Shown here: positions 27,907 through 37,205 of the stretch, in pieces
How positions within the stretch are numbered: the stretch's first letter is position 1
How the letters are laid out: every line of letters starts with the position of its first letter
Assembly (NCBI GenBank): GCA_035629865.1
Contig: DASPHC010000146.1
Span: 53,420 to 117,419 of the forward strand
Source of the DNA: Thermoanaerobaculia bacterium
Lineage (GTDB): Bacteria > Acidobacteriota > Thermoanaerobaculia > Gp7-AA8
DNA: 64,000 nucleotides
Direction of reading: 5' to 3'
Notes under the pieces: generated by a model
The model's input: the letters and a program-made list of their open reading frames with translations, nothing else
What the model was told of the DNA's origin: nothing
The model's database searches: none
Made by a program: the position numbers and the translations under genes

Positions 27907-28776
27907 ATGAAGTTCTGTACAAAGTGCGGCGCCGAACTGATGCCGGACGCCCTTTTCTGTCCCCGCTGCGGCACGCCGGCCCCCGATGCGACGCCGCCGG
28001 CGGTCCAGCCGGCCGCGCCCGCCGTAGCGGCGCCCCAATCCCGCACCCTCCCCCCGGTCACCGCGGCGCCCACCGCCTCCGTCCCCGCTTCTCCTCGGAG
28101 CACCTGGTGGATCATCCCCCTGGTCATCATCGGCATCGTCGTCATCGCCTGGCTGCTCCTGGCGGGACTTCCCTTCGGCCGCGGGGAAGAAGGACCGCGC
28201 GCCGAAGCGCCCGCCACCGAGACCATCGCCGAAGGCTCCCCCCCGGAGGGTGCCGCGCCGCCGTCCAGTGGAACTTTGATCGACGTGGAGGGCGAAGAAG
28301 ATCCGGTCACGACCACCCTCGCCCCTCCCGTCCCCACGAGCACGGTATCCACCGTGCCGTTTCCGACCGCCACCCAGCCACCGCCGGCGAGCACCACCCA
28401 ACCGCCGCCGGTGACGCGGCCGCGTCCGACAACCCCGCAGCCGCGGCCGCGTCCGACAACCCCGCAGCCGCGGCCCGACCCGACACCCCCACCGGCCACG
28501 GCCACCACCGCCCCGCCCCCGCGCCCCTCGGAGGAGATCAGCGACGCCGAGGCCGCCTCCACCCTCCGCCCGTTCGCCGGGAGGTTCTACAGCGACGTGA
28601 GCAGCGACTGCCTAGAGATCCGCAGCCACGGCTACCGCAACGTCGGCTACACCTTCTCCGCCTGGGACACCTGCGTCCAGGGCGGCGGTTCGAGAATGCT
28701 CGGCCGCTGGCGCGTCGACTCGAAAACGAGGGAAGTGTTCCGGCAAGGGGAGGATGGGAGGTATCTGAAGCCGTGA
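27907..28776 (+). CDS. Zinc-ribbon membrane protein with a Pro/Thr-rich linker
   Basis: CTKCGAEL...CPRCG double CxxC, then one transmembrane helix. A 27-bp in-frame duplication encodes RPRPTTPQP twice. Confidence 0.6.
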   Translation: MKFCTKCGAELMPDALFCPRCGTPAPDATPPAVQPAAPAVAAPQSRTLPPVTAAPTASVPASPRSTWWIIPLVIIGIVVIAWLLLAGLPFGRGEEGPRAEAPATETIAEGSPPEGAAPPSSGTLIDVEGEEDPVTTTLAPPVPTSTVSTVPFPTATQPPPASTTQPPPVTRPRPTTPQPRPRPTTPQPRPDPTPPPATATTAPPPRPSEEISDAEAASTLRPFAGRFYSDVSSDCLEIRSHGYRNVGYTFSAWDTCVQGGGSRMLGRWRVDSKTREVFRQGEDGRYLKP

Positions 28777-28903
28777 GCTCGGGTTGTCCGTCGTCGGGTT
28801 GTCGGTTGTCCGAACCGGCAGCGCCCGAATGGGGTCCGGGCGAACGCGTGCGAGAGATCGAGGCAATATCTTCCCCCCCCTCCCGCGTTCCGCGAGATCC
28901 AGG

Positions 28904-28932
28904 TTGACAGGACGGGAACGCGTCCGTATGTT
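28904..28932 (+). promoter_or_regulatory. Sigma70-like promoter (TTGACA-17-TATGTT) for the tRNA pair
   Basis: ttgacaggacgggaacgcgtccgtatgtt lies about 45 nt upstream of tRNA-Lys. Confidence 0.45.
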
Positions 28933-28980
28933 GACCACCTTCGCGAGCCGCGCTGCTCGCAAACGTTCGTTGAAGTCGCG

Positions 28981-29055
28981 GGCCCGTAGCTCAGTGGTAG
29001 AGCACCTGGCTTTTAACCAGAGGGTCGTAGGTTCGATCCCTACCGGGCTCACCAG
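28981..29055 (+). tRNA. tRNA-Lys (anticodon UUU)
   Basis: Cloverleaf by hand. Acceptor stem GGGCCCG/CGGGCTC, anticodon loop CUUUUAA, T-loop TTCGATC, 3' CCA. Confidence 0.9.
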
Positions 29056-29084
29056 CCCGCCCCCGCACGCATGCACCAGTCACG

Positions 29085-29160
<76 letters not shown>

Positions 29161-29197
29161 GCGGCACGGCCGCCGGCGTTGGTTGGCCAAGCCTTCT

Positions 29198-29608
29198 TCA
29201 GGGTTTGTCATCGGCCGGCGACTTCCCGGCGAACTCGCTCACCACGCGCCCTTCCCATACTTCTTCCCACGTGACGCCGGGAACGCGGCTGTGGATCTCG
29301 ACTCGCAGCAGACCGCCGAACGACAGGATGTCCCCGCAGATGAAGTCTGCCGCGGCATACTCCGGGTCGAACGAGCCCCAGGCGGCAACGGCGCGTCTCG
29401 CGTTCTCCCCGTTCTCGAGCGTCGGCTCGATCAGGACGTCGAGGTCACGCGTCGTTCGATAGGGGATGTGCGCCAGGACCGCGATCCCCCCGATCACTAC
29501 ATAGGCCACGCCTTCTCTGTTGAGTGATTCCAGGAAATCGGCAAAGTCCTTCGCCACCGTCCAGTCCTCTCTTCGTCCACAACTCGTAGGCGCTGTCGAG
29601 CAGGGCAA
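29198..29608 (-). CDS. Minimal nucleotidyltransferase (MNT, pol-beta fold) protein
   Basis: hGG...DhDhh signature in VVIGGIAVLAHIPYRTTRDLDVLI. No HEPN partner seen. The start is uncertain (possible GTG at VAKDF). Confidence 0.45.
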   Translation of the reverse strand: MPCSTAPTSCGRREDWTVAKDFADFLESLNREGVAYVVIGGIAVLAHIPYRTTRDLDVLIEPTLENGENARRAVAAWGSFDPEYAAADFICGDILSFGGLLRVEIHSRVPGVTWEEVWEGRVVSEFAGKSPADDKP

Positions 29609-29818
29609 TCAGAGCGTCCATGCGTTCTGCTGGCGTCGCGGCATATGCATCTTCAACCTCCTGCCGCATGAGCTCCTCGCGAGATGTGCTGAGGGAAAAG
29701 CGATGGCTCCTGGCGCGAGGTCTTGCCTCAGGTCTCGTTGTGCTCTCGTCAGGGACTTCCGGGTCGGCGCCATCCATGCTTCCCGATGCTACAGCGGTTC
29801 CCCGCAGTTCGCGCGACC

Positions 29819-29849
29819 AATGACACCGCCCTTTCATGGCGGCGACACG
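29819..29849 (+). other. Partial duplicate of the tRNA-Glu anticodon arm (att-like scar)
   Basis: tgacaccgccctttcatggcggcgacacg differs at 2 of 29 positions from tRNA-Glu 29107-29135. Confidence 0.55.
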
Positions 29850-29999
29850 CAAAAGAGAAAGGGAAAGCTCTGACCCCATCGGCGATACTAGAAGGAACCG
29901 AAAGGTGACTGTCGAGGTACTTCCGTCACTCCCTCGGGTGGAGAGGGCGCCCTCCTCAAATCCATATGACCGGTCTTGAGCCGGATGAGGAGGAGCTGT

Positions 30000-30197
30000 A
30001 TGCGTCGTGTGTTCTATTCGGTGGGTCGAGGTGTGTCCGCAGTGTTTCTGGTCGTCGTTCTTGCGGGAAGCGCGTTCGCCGCGCCGCAGGAGCGGGACCG
30101 GGAGTTCCGGGAGAAGAAGAATCCTTCGCCGATCGTGAACGTCGTGAAGAAGGTCGTCCGCGCGTTCGGGGATCTCCTCGTGACGCCAACCCCGTAG
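30000..30197 (+). CDS. Small secreted peptide (66 aa)
   Basis: GAGGAGGAG ribosome-binding site 5 nt before the ATG. Signal peptide MRRVFYSVGRGVSAVFLVVVLAGSAFA. Confidence 0.4.
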   Translation: MRRVFYSVGRGVSAVFLVVVLAGSAFAAPQERDREFREKKNPSPIVNVVKKVVRAFGDLLVTPTP

Positions 30198-30198
30198 G

Positions 30199-31362
30199 TC
30201 ACAGCTCGTAGCTGAACTCTCGCTCCGGGTAGGTCCGGAGCGAGAGTATGTACTCGCGGACGTGGGTGACGAGCGAAGTGGAGGCTCTTTGTGCCGTGAT
30301 GGCTTCGCTGAGATATCCGAGAGCGGTGATCGCCCGGCTGTTGAGATTGGCGACGGTGAATTCCCGCACGATCTTCCGGGCAAGAGTCTCCGCCTGGGAG
30401 TGCCGCCCGAGTGCGAGCAGGGCCTCGACGATGTCGAGGCCGGAGATACCCGCTTCTTCCGGCATCGCATAGCTCAGGAACCGCCTTCGGACCGTGCGAA
30501 GGTGGGTAATCGCCCGTTCGTATTCGCCGCGGCGAACGAACAATCGTCCTTTCCCGGCGTCCGGCTTCAGGGCGTCGAGCGGACGTCCGGCTTTCTGGAA
30601 GAAAACGATGCCTTTGGTGAAGTTGGCCTCGGCTTCCTGTAGGTCGCCAAGCTCGACCGAGCAGAGACCGATCGCATGATGAAGGGCGGCGAGGCTTTCA
30701 TCGTCCAGGTTGGAGCTCGAAGCGAGGATGAGAAGGTAGGTTTCCCGGGCTTCCCGGTATCTTGCAAGGCGTTGGAGGAGCGCTCCCTCGGCGATTCCCA
30801 CCATGACGACGAGCCGTTCGTCGTCGTAGTCGCGAAAGACCTGTTTGCTCTCGGTAAGGAGCGGCATCGATTCTTTGTGCCGTCCGATCTCCTGGTAGAC
30901 GATCGCCAGGTTGAACCGGACGACGGCGATGTCGTACTCGAGCGAGCCGTGGTCGGGACTGGATACGAGTAACGACTCCGCGTGGTGGAGGGCCTTCGCG
31001 GATTCCTCATATCGGGCGAGAGTGCGGAGCGCCTTGCCGAGGTCTTTCCACGCGTAGGCAAGGATCTGCGAAAGGACCACAGCCGGGTAGGCGGTCGCCG
31101 GGATTGCCTCGGCTGCGGCTACCGCAAGTTGAGCTAAGGCAAGCGCGTACTTCGAGTCGCGAGAGTAAGCTTCGGCGAAGAGTTGGCCGATCCGCTGGAC
31201 CGCTCCGGAATTCTGCAGGTCGGGGTGCTCGGCAAGCTGGGGCCACTTGGCTCGCGGGGTCTTGTTCAACAGGGGCTCGACGGTGACGGCGGCTCTTTCC
31301 CGCTCGGCGTAGATCGACCGGATGAGGGCTCGGAACCGGGCATCACGGAAGGCGCGGCGCAC
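30199..31362 (-). CDS. TPR-repeat protein
   Basis: TPR-like helices of the SKYALALAQLAVAAAE type. The putative GTG start shares its G with the TAG stop of the upstream sigma-fragment ORF. The Arg-rich N-terminal extension in the track is rejected. Confidence 0.55.
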   Translation of the reverse strand: MRRAFRDARFRALIRSIYAERERAAVTVEPLLNKTPRAKWPQLAEHPDLQNSGAVQRIGQLFAEAYSRDSKYALALAQLAVAAAEAIPATAYPAVVLSQILAYAWKDLGKALRTLARYEESAKALHHAESLLVSSPDHGSLEYDIAVVRFNLAIVYQEIGRHKESMPLLTESKQVFRDYDDERLVVMVGIAEGALLQRLARYREARETYLLILASSSNLDDESLAALHHAIGLCSVELGDLQEAEANFTKGIVFFQKAGRPLDALKPDAGKGRLFVRRGEYERAITHLRTVRRRFLSYAMPEEAGISGLDIVEALLALGRHSQAETLARKIVREFTVANLNSRAITALGYLSEAITAQRASTSLVTHVREYILSLRTYPEREFSYEL

Positions 31363-31634
31363 TACGGAGCACCCTTCCCGAGGTGCCGCCTGGCGGCGTG
31401 GGTCACGGCGACGGTCAGCCAGGTCTCGACATTGGGCATCGTGTCGAGGTGGCGGATGGCCGCGGCGAGGACTTCGTCGACGAGGTTTTCGGCATCGTCC
31501 CGCGGAATTCCGAAGTCGCGAAGGACGAGGTCTACGAGAGACTCGAAGTATCTCTCGTGCAACGAGGCATGTGAGTCCTTGTCGTTCGGGGGATCGTTGG
31601 ACGGGACCATATCCGAGCCGGTGGACACTACCAC
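31362..31634 (-). CDS. ECF sigma-70 region-2-like fragment lacking region 4 (possibly truncated or pseudogenic)
   Basis: DAENLVDEVLAAAIRHLDTMPNVETWLTVAVTHAARRHL matches the ECF region-2 pattern DAEDLVQE...F...WLY.IA.N. No region 4 in any downstream frame. Confidence 0.4.
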   Translation of the reverse strand: MVVSTGSDMVPSNDPPNDKDSHASLHERYFESLVDLVLRDFGIPRDDAENLVDEVLAAAIRHLDTMPNVETWLTVAVTHAARRHLGKGAP

Positions 31635-32725
31635 TCCAGGCGGTAGTAAACAATTAGTTCTATCCTTATGACTCTAATGAGAGTCTTATGCGGTGTTGGG
31701 GTTCGCCCCTCAACGTGCGGGAGGAGGAAGATTCGTCCCGGTGGCAATGCGGCAGTGCTTCGGTGGGGTTCCGTCGTCGTCATCGGCGTAGACAACGGCG
31801 GTCACCCAGGTAACCACTCGCGGCTACCGCTGGAGGTTCGCTCGCATCCGGAAGCGGGACGATCTCCCTGCCGGAGTAGCCGCGGCGGCCTGGAGGGGTC
31901 GGTGCGCCGTGTCGCGGGGTGGCGAGTGTGGTCGCTCGAGTGAAGGCGATGGCTCACCGGGGTGGGTTGCCGGACCCGCCGGAGTAGCCTCGGCAGGTTG
32001 AGGGAGTAGGCACGCCTCCATCGCGGAGCTCGTCGCGTTCCCATCCTCATCACGAACGCCGGCTACTCCGCGTTGGAGCCCGTCCTACTCCGCGATGACC
32101 GCTGTACTACTCGACCAGGGCACTGCTCCTGCTCCGTGAGGAAGCGCGGGTCACTCCGGCGGGGGTGCGCTCCATCTCCACAAGGAAACGCGACCCGGCC
32201 CGTCATGGACGCGGGGCTACTTCTCGCGGGCCGCCGGCTACTCGGCCAGGTCAACGCTCCCACTCACTGATGGGGCTCGACCGACTCACTCGTGCGGCCG
32301 GACACACTCTTCCATGGAGGTTGCTTTCCATAACCACGCATCCAAATGCAGTCCGGCATGACCCTGTAACAGTTTGTTCACATTGTGAATTGGACCGTCC
32401 ATTGTCGGGCCGTTGACTGCGGCTCGAAGCGGGCGTACCTTGATCGTGCCGCCGGGGCTGGTTGAGCCATGCTGGTATCGCCGGTGCGCAGCGAGGGAAC
32501 GCCCCGGTCGATCGCCGGAAGCCCGGACGCTGCAGGGGACGGTCCGGTCCGAATCCGGGTCGCCTTCGGGAGTCGAGCAATCGCCCCAGCAGCACCTCCG
32601 ATCGGCGGGAAGCGGACGCGCTTCCCGATCCATTCCGAGTCCGGTCCTCGGGAATCCCATCAACCGCAGCCACTGGCGTGTGGCCCGTGGCACAACCGTC
32701 CGCATGGACAGATTGGAGGAGAGCC

Positions 32726-33253
32726 ATGACTTCGAAAGTCATCCCCGAAAAGTTCAATAGTCCCACCGTTGACCCACTGACCCCGGAGATTGCGGTGCAG
32801 GAGATCCGCACGATTCGCGATCGGATCCCTTCGTTCGCCCTGTTGCGCGTCGCCGAGACGCTGTCGCTCACGCGCGCCGCGACCATCAGCATGGATTTCA
32901 TTCACGCCGCGATCAATGCCGTCGCCGCGCTGCTTGCGCTCCGAGGAGCGATCGGGCGCGACGCGATGGATCTGCGTCTCGAAGTGGAGGAGGCGGCCCG
33001 CTGGTCTCAGGTCCTCGATGAGATCGACGCGCTGCGCCTCGGCGTCATCGGCGCGATCCGCATGCGCCGCTACCGCCTCGGAACGATGGCGTTCCGGGTC
33101 TACCAGCTCAGCCGGAGTCTCGTCCGCGATGAGGAGAACGCCGTCCTCCTGCCGCACATCGACGCGATGAAGCGCGCCGCCAAGTTCGGCAAACACCGCC
33201 CGCAGGGCAAGGCGGATCCGCAGCCGGATGACGCGCCCGTCCCGAAGGTGTAG
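32726..33253 (+). CDS. Hypothetical protein
   Basis: GGAGGAG ribosome-binding site 5 nt before ATG 32726. The longer upstream extension in the track is Arg/Ser-rich junk. Confidence 0.5.
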   Translation: MTSKVIPEKFNSPTVDPLTPEIAVQEIRTIRDRIPSFALLRVAETLSLTRAATISMDFIHAAINAVAALLALRGAIGRDAMDLRLEVEEAARWSQVLDEIDALRLGVIGAIRMRRYRLGTMAFRVYQLSRSLVRDEENAVLLPHIDAMKRAAKFGKHRPQGKADPQPDDAPVPKV

Positions 33254-33301
33254 TGCAAAGGCCCCCGCGCGCTCGCGGCACGCGGTAACATCCCACCCCA
33301 G

Positions 33302-33332
33302 CCGGGCGCGCCGCGACGCGCCCGGCGTTTCC
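33302..33332 (+). terminator. GC-rich hairpin (ccgggcgcgcc-gcgac-gcgcccgg) resembling the cspA terminator stem
   Basis: Read from the sequence. Only a weak T-tract (gttt). Confidence 0.35.
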
Positions 33333-33399
33333 GGGCTCCGGCGTCGAAGTGCCGCCCGTCATTTGTGAACGCAACGTGCATCAAATCGGAGGTCTCTCC

Positions 33400-34263
33400 A
33401 TGGCTGATGGTTCGATTTCGAACATTCTCGTCCCCACGGATCTGAGCGAATTCGGAAAGATTGCGCTGCAGTGGGGGGTGCGGTTCCGGGATCTGTTCGG
33501 GGCGCGGATTACGCTGCTGCACGTGGTCGACGTCTATCCGCCCGTCGCGGTGATCGAGATCCCGGAGCCGGCCGTGCTGCCCAATCTCGCCGAGGTCATG
33601 GCGAACCTGGAGGAGGCGTTGAAGCGCCATGCCACGGCGAGCGTCGGGGATGCGGCGGCGGACATCGATCTGAAAGTCGACCAGGGTCTGCCGGCGCCGG
33701 TCATCCACGATACGGTGAAGGAGTCGGGCGCGGATCTGGTGATCATGGGGACGCACGGCCGCCGCGGCTGGCGCCGTCTGCTCCTCGGCTCGGTCACGGA
33801 GACCGTGCTGGTCCACGCCGAGCGTCCGCTGCTCACTCTTCTCGCGACGTCGCTCGTGCCCGATATCCGCAAGATCGTCTGTCCGGTGAACTTCACTCCG
33901 ATCGCGCGGAAGGCGCTGGACCTGGCGAGCGAGATCGGGCAGAAGTTCGACGCGCAACTGATCCTCGTCCACGTATCGGAGCGCGAGGGCGAGCCGCACC
34001 CGCTCCCGCTCGACGACCACTTCGAGCAGTGGGTGAATCCGATCGTCCGGCAGCGCCTGCAGTACTCGCGCGTGGTGCGGACCGGAAATGTGGCCGAGGA
34101 GGTGCTGCGGCTGGCGGAGGAGGAGAAGGCGGACCTGATCGTCGTCGGCGCGGAGCACCGCGGTTTCCGCGACGCGACGGTCATCGGCACCACGACGAGC
34201 CGGGTGGTCCGATTCGCGGATCGTCCGGTGCTGACGGTGCCTGCGCGCGAGGGCGAAGCGTAG
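33400..34263 (+). CDS. Tandem universal stress protein (UspA x2)
   Basis: Two Usp domains, each with ILVPTDLS...ADLIVMGTHGRRG and the ATP-binding G-2x-G-9x-G(S/T) region. GGAGG ribosome-binding site. Confidence 0.85.
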   Translation: MADGSISNILVPTDLSEFGKIALQWGVRFRDLFGARITLLHVVDVYPPVAVIEIPEPAVLPNLAEVMANLEEALKRHATASVGDAAADIDLKVDQGLPAPVIHDTVKESGADLVIMGTHGRRGWRRLLLGSVTETVLVHAERPLLTLLATSLVPDIRKIVCPVNFTPIARKALDLASEIGQKFDAQLILVHVSEREGEPHPLPLDDHFEQWVNPIVRQRLQYSRVVRTGNVAEEVLRLAEEEKADLIVVGAEHRGFRDATVIGTTTSRVVRFADRPVLTVPAREGEA

Positions 34264-34274
34264 CGGTACGCAGG

Positions 34275-34697
34275 TCAGCTCTTTTCGCCCCGCTCCACCG
34301 TCAGCGGCGTGAAGATCTCCGCCTGGAGCAGCCACCCGTCCTTTGTGTAGTGCCATTTGGCGGCGTACACGCCGGCGAGCTCCATCGGGCCGTCGTTGGC
34401 CATGAGGGTGCCGGTCCAGCGGCCGTGTTCTTCGGCCATGCCCCATTCTTCGTTGACGTGGATCTCCTCGGGGGTGCGGCCGTAGGTGGAGGTGGCGTCG
34501 CGGGCGAACATGTCGGCCCAGCTGTTCATGCTCTGCTCCCGCCCGGTGCGCTGCAGGCTGCGGGCGGTGACGACGTGGTAGTCGGGAAGGAAGTAGGCGG
34601 CGATGCCTGCGGGGTCGCGGCGGGTGATGGCGTCGTTGATCGCGGTGCGGGCGGTGCGGATGGCTTCTCGGCTGTCTTGCGTCATCGACGCGATCAT
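34275..34697 (-). CDS. SnoaL-like/NTF2-fold protein (DUF4440-like)
   Basis: Size and composition pattern. Weak assignment. Confidence 0.5.
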   Translation of the reverse strand: MIASMTQDSREAIRTARTAINDAITRRDPAGIAAYFLPDYHVVTARSLQRTGREQSMNSWADMFARDATSTYGRTPEEIHVNEEWGMAEEHGRWTGTLMANDGPMELAGVYAAKWHYTKDGWLLQAEIFTPLTVERGEKS

Positions 34698-34712
34698 ACG
34701 ATCTCAGCCATG

Positions 34713-34788
34713 TGGCCCGGCCTTTTAGTCCGGCCGGCACTCGGGAGGAGCCTGCCGAGAGCCGGCCCGGACTAAAAGGCCGGGCCAC
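34713..34788. repeat. Palindromic hairpin (gtggcccggccttttagtccggccggc ... gccggcccggactaaaaggccgggccac)
   Basis: A perfect roughly 28-bp stem in a divergent intergenic region. Confidence 0.6.
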
Positions 34789-35019
34789 AGGTGGCGGCTT
34801 CCGGACCTCGTGCCGGGTCGGGATGTGGGGGCGGCGCGGGATTGGGCTGCGGGATGGTCTGCGGTTGTGCGGGCGGCTGTTGTGGCGAGTCGGGTTGCGG
34901 CGGGGCGGTCGGGGATGGGCTCGGGTGGGGGATTTCCTGCGGGGTTTCTGTGGCCTCGGCGTTCATGGAGGTGGAGATCGTGCAACACATGTTCCGCGCT
35001 CGAACCGTAGAATTCGTGC

Positions 35020-36240
35020 ATGCACAGGATCTTCGTGGTCGCGGTGGCGCTGGCCGCCGGTTGCGCTTCCATTCCTCCGGCGCCCACCGCGGCGCGTGCG
35101 ATGGGTCTCGTGCAGCGCGTGGAGCACATCGACGTCGTCGGGCGGGAGCCGATGCTCGTCGAGCATCCGAACGGGGCGCTGTTTGTGGCGGGGTATGGGG
35201 AGCCGCGGCCCACGTTGTGGAAGAGTGCCGACGGCGGGGCGAGTTGGGCCCGCGTGGATGTGGGGACGGAGGCGCAGGGAGCGACAGGGAACTCGGATGT
35301 CGATCTGGCGATCGCTCCCGATGGGACGCTCTACTTTGCGTCGATGACGTACGACCGGGCGGCGAACGAGGGGCGGCAGATTGCGATCGGCGTGAGCGGC
35401 GATGCGGGGGCGAGCTGGCGGTGGTCGACGGTCTCGAACGCGCGTTTCGATGACCGGCCGTGGGTGGAGGTGACGCCTGACGGTACGGCGCATGCGATCT
35501 GGAACGACGGCGGGGTCTCGTATACCGCGAGCCGCGATGGTGGCGTGACCTGGGCGCCCGTGAAACGCATTCACGATCGAGGAGGCTCGAGCCATCTCGC
35601 GGTGGGACCGGCGGGGGAGCTGGCGGTGCGGGTGACGCCGCTGTCGGCGTCGGGCAACAAGTACGACGCCGGCGTCGACCTGATCGTCGTCAGCACGGAC
35701 GGCGGGGCGTCGTGGCAGACGCATGCGGCGCCGGGGGAGCGGGACTGGTCGCCCGATTTCATGTCGGAGGCGACGCCGCGATGGGTGGAGCCGCTGGCCT
35801 GGGATGCCGCCGGGCGGTTGTATTCGCTCTGGACGGACAAGAAGGGGGTCCGGCTGGCGCGGTCGGGAGATCGCGGTGCGACATGGCGGACGTGGACGGT
35901 GGCCGACACGGCGGCTCCGGCGTTTTTCCCGTATCTGGTGGCACGCCGCGAGGGGGAGCTCGCCGCGACGTGGTTCACGGCGTCGACGAATGAGATGCAC
36001 GATCTGCAGTGGTTCGTGGCGCGTGTCGACGCGGCGGGCGAGGCGGAACCGCGGGTGGTCGTCTCGGCGCCGCAATCGATCGAGAGCCGCCGGAGGCGCG
36101 TGAAGGACGGGCCGTTCTTCAACGATCCGGCAGGGGAGTACCTCCCGGTCGCGTTTCTGCGTGACGGGAGTCTGGCGGTGGTGACGCCGGTCCAGAACCA
36201 GCCGGAGCAGCGCGTGGGATTCGTCTGGTGGCGGTTTTAG
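35020..36240 (+). CDS. BNR/Asp-box repeat (sialidase-like) lipoprotein
   Basis: Lipobox LAAGCAS. At least five SxDxGxTW boxes: SADGGASW, SGDAGASW, SRDGGVTW, STDGGASW, SGDRGATW. Confidence 0.8.
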   Translation: MHRIFVVAVALAAGCASIPPAPTAARAMGLVQRVEHIDVVGREPMLVEHPNGALFVAGYGEPRPTLWKSADGGASWARVDVGTEAQGATGNSDVDLAIAPDGTLYFASMTYDRAANEGRQIAIGVSGDAGASWRWSTVSNARFDDRPWVEVTPDGTAHAIWNDGGVSYTASRDGGVTWAPVKRIHDRGGSSHLAVGPAGELAVRVTPLSASGNKYDAGVDLIVVSTDGGASWQTHAAPGERDWSPDFMSEATPRWVEPLAWDAAGRLYSLWTDKKGVRLARSGDRGATWRTWTVADTAAPAFFPYLVARREGELAATWFTASTNEMHDLQWFVARVDAAGEAEPRVVVSAPQSIESRRRRVKDGPFFNDPAGEYLPVAFLRDGSLAVVTPVQNQPEQRVGFVWWRF

Positions 36241-36253
36241 GCAGAACGCATCT

Positions 36254-36462
36254 CTGCTGCCGTAGGCAGCAGGAGATCTGTAGCCCCGGCCTTCAGGCCG
36301 GGGACAGCGGAGACCCACGAAGTGAGCCCGCGTAGCGGGCGACAGAGAAGACCGTCCGCGCGCGTTTCTCGTCTGTCGCCCGCTACGCGGGCTCAAAGAT
36401 CTTCCACGCTTTACCCGGCCTAAAGGCCGGGCCTACAGATCTTTTGCTGCCTACGGCAGCAG
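36254..36462. repeat. Family-2 nested palindromic element, copy 2
   Basis: Same outer and inner arms as copy 1. It lies between convergent genes. Confidence 0.75.
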
Positions 36463-36512
36463 AGAGGCATGCACCGGACTAGAACGGAGAAGACCGACCG
36501 GGGGGCCTCCGG

Positions 36513-37007
36513 TCACTTCTTCTTCGCCCGTGTCCGGGCCGCCTTCTTCGCGGCCGCCGATCGTTCCGCCGGACCCTTCGTACGCGCTGCTTTCTTCGCC
36601 GCGGCCGAGCGCTCTCCGGCCGTACGCTGGCGCGCCGCCTTGCGCGCGTGCGCCGCGAGTGACGGCTTCGACGCCGCCGACTTTCCCTCGTCCTTCAGCG
36701 CGGCAGTCGCCGCACGGGCGCGCTTCGCCGACGGCTTCTTCCGCGTCGAGGCGCTCTTCAGATCCTGCTTCGCGCGCTTGCGCGTCGCGGCCGGAGCCTC
36801 ACCCGGATCGGGAGGCGGCAACTTCACCCCCGCGCGCCGCGCCTTCGATAACCCGATGGCAATCGCCTGTTCGGGAGAGCGCGCTCCATGCTTCCCGTGG
36901 CGGATGTGCTCCATCTCCTCGCGCACGAACTCCCCTGCCTGCGTCGAGGCCGACTTCCCCTCGCGCTTGTCCTTCCTGGCCCGCTCGATCGTCTTCTTTT
37001 CCGGCAT
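36513..37007 (-). CDS. Basic Lys/Ala-rich histone-H1-like protein
   Basis: A structured N-terminal 60 aa followed by an AKK/KKAAR low-complexity tail with a duplicated ERSAAAKKAART. Confidence 0.5.
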   Translation of the reverse strand: MPEKKTIERARKDKREGKSASTQAGEFVREEMEHIRHGKHGARSPEQAIAIGLSKARRAGVKLPPPDPGEAPAATRKRAKQDLKSASTRKKPSAKRARAATAALKDEGKSAASKPSLAAHARKAARQRTAGERSAAAKKAARTKGPAERSAAAKKAARTRAKKK

Positions 37008-37050
37008 GGAGATTTCGCGTGCAACACGTGTTCCGGGCGAGACGCGAGGA

Positions 37051-37193
37051 GACGACGGGAGGCGTCCGGCGGGCGAGCACGGCCCGCTGCGTTTGTTTTC
37101 GCCCGGACCGTGTTCGAGCGACAGGCATGCGTTCAGGCTAGGCCAACAAACGCCGCGGGCCGAGCCCGCCCGCCGGAGGCCCCCCGGTCGTCT
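37051..37193. repeat. Family-1 palindromic element, copy 4
   Basis: Same family. Confidence 0.8.
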
Positions 37194-37205
37194 CTCGTCT
37201 GACCC

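Noticed and set aside
29445-30470. 341-aa minus-strand ORF
   Set aside because: Ser/Arg/Pro-rich. It overlaps the MNT gene and the small secreted peptide gene in other frames.
31654-32725. Group II intron or retron
   Set aside because: No reverse-transcriptase ORF and no domain V-like motif recognised. Kept only as a generic structured non-coding region.
34791-35453. Gly-rich 220-aa ORF and Pro-rich antisense ORF 34772..34990
   Set aside because: Low-complexity GC-rich sequence overlapping the start of the BNR gene. No start context or motifs.
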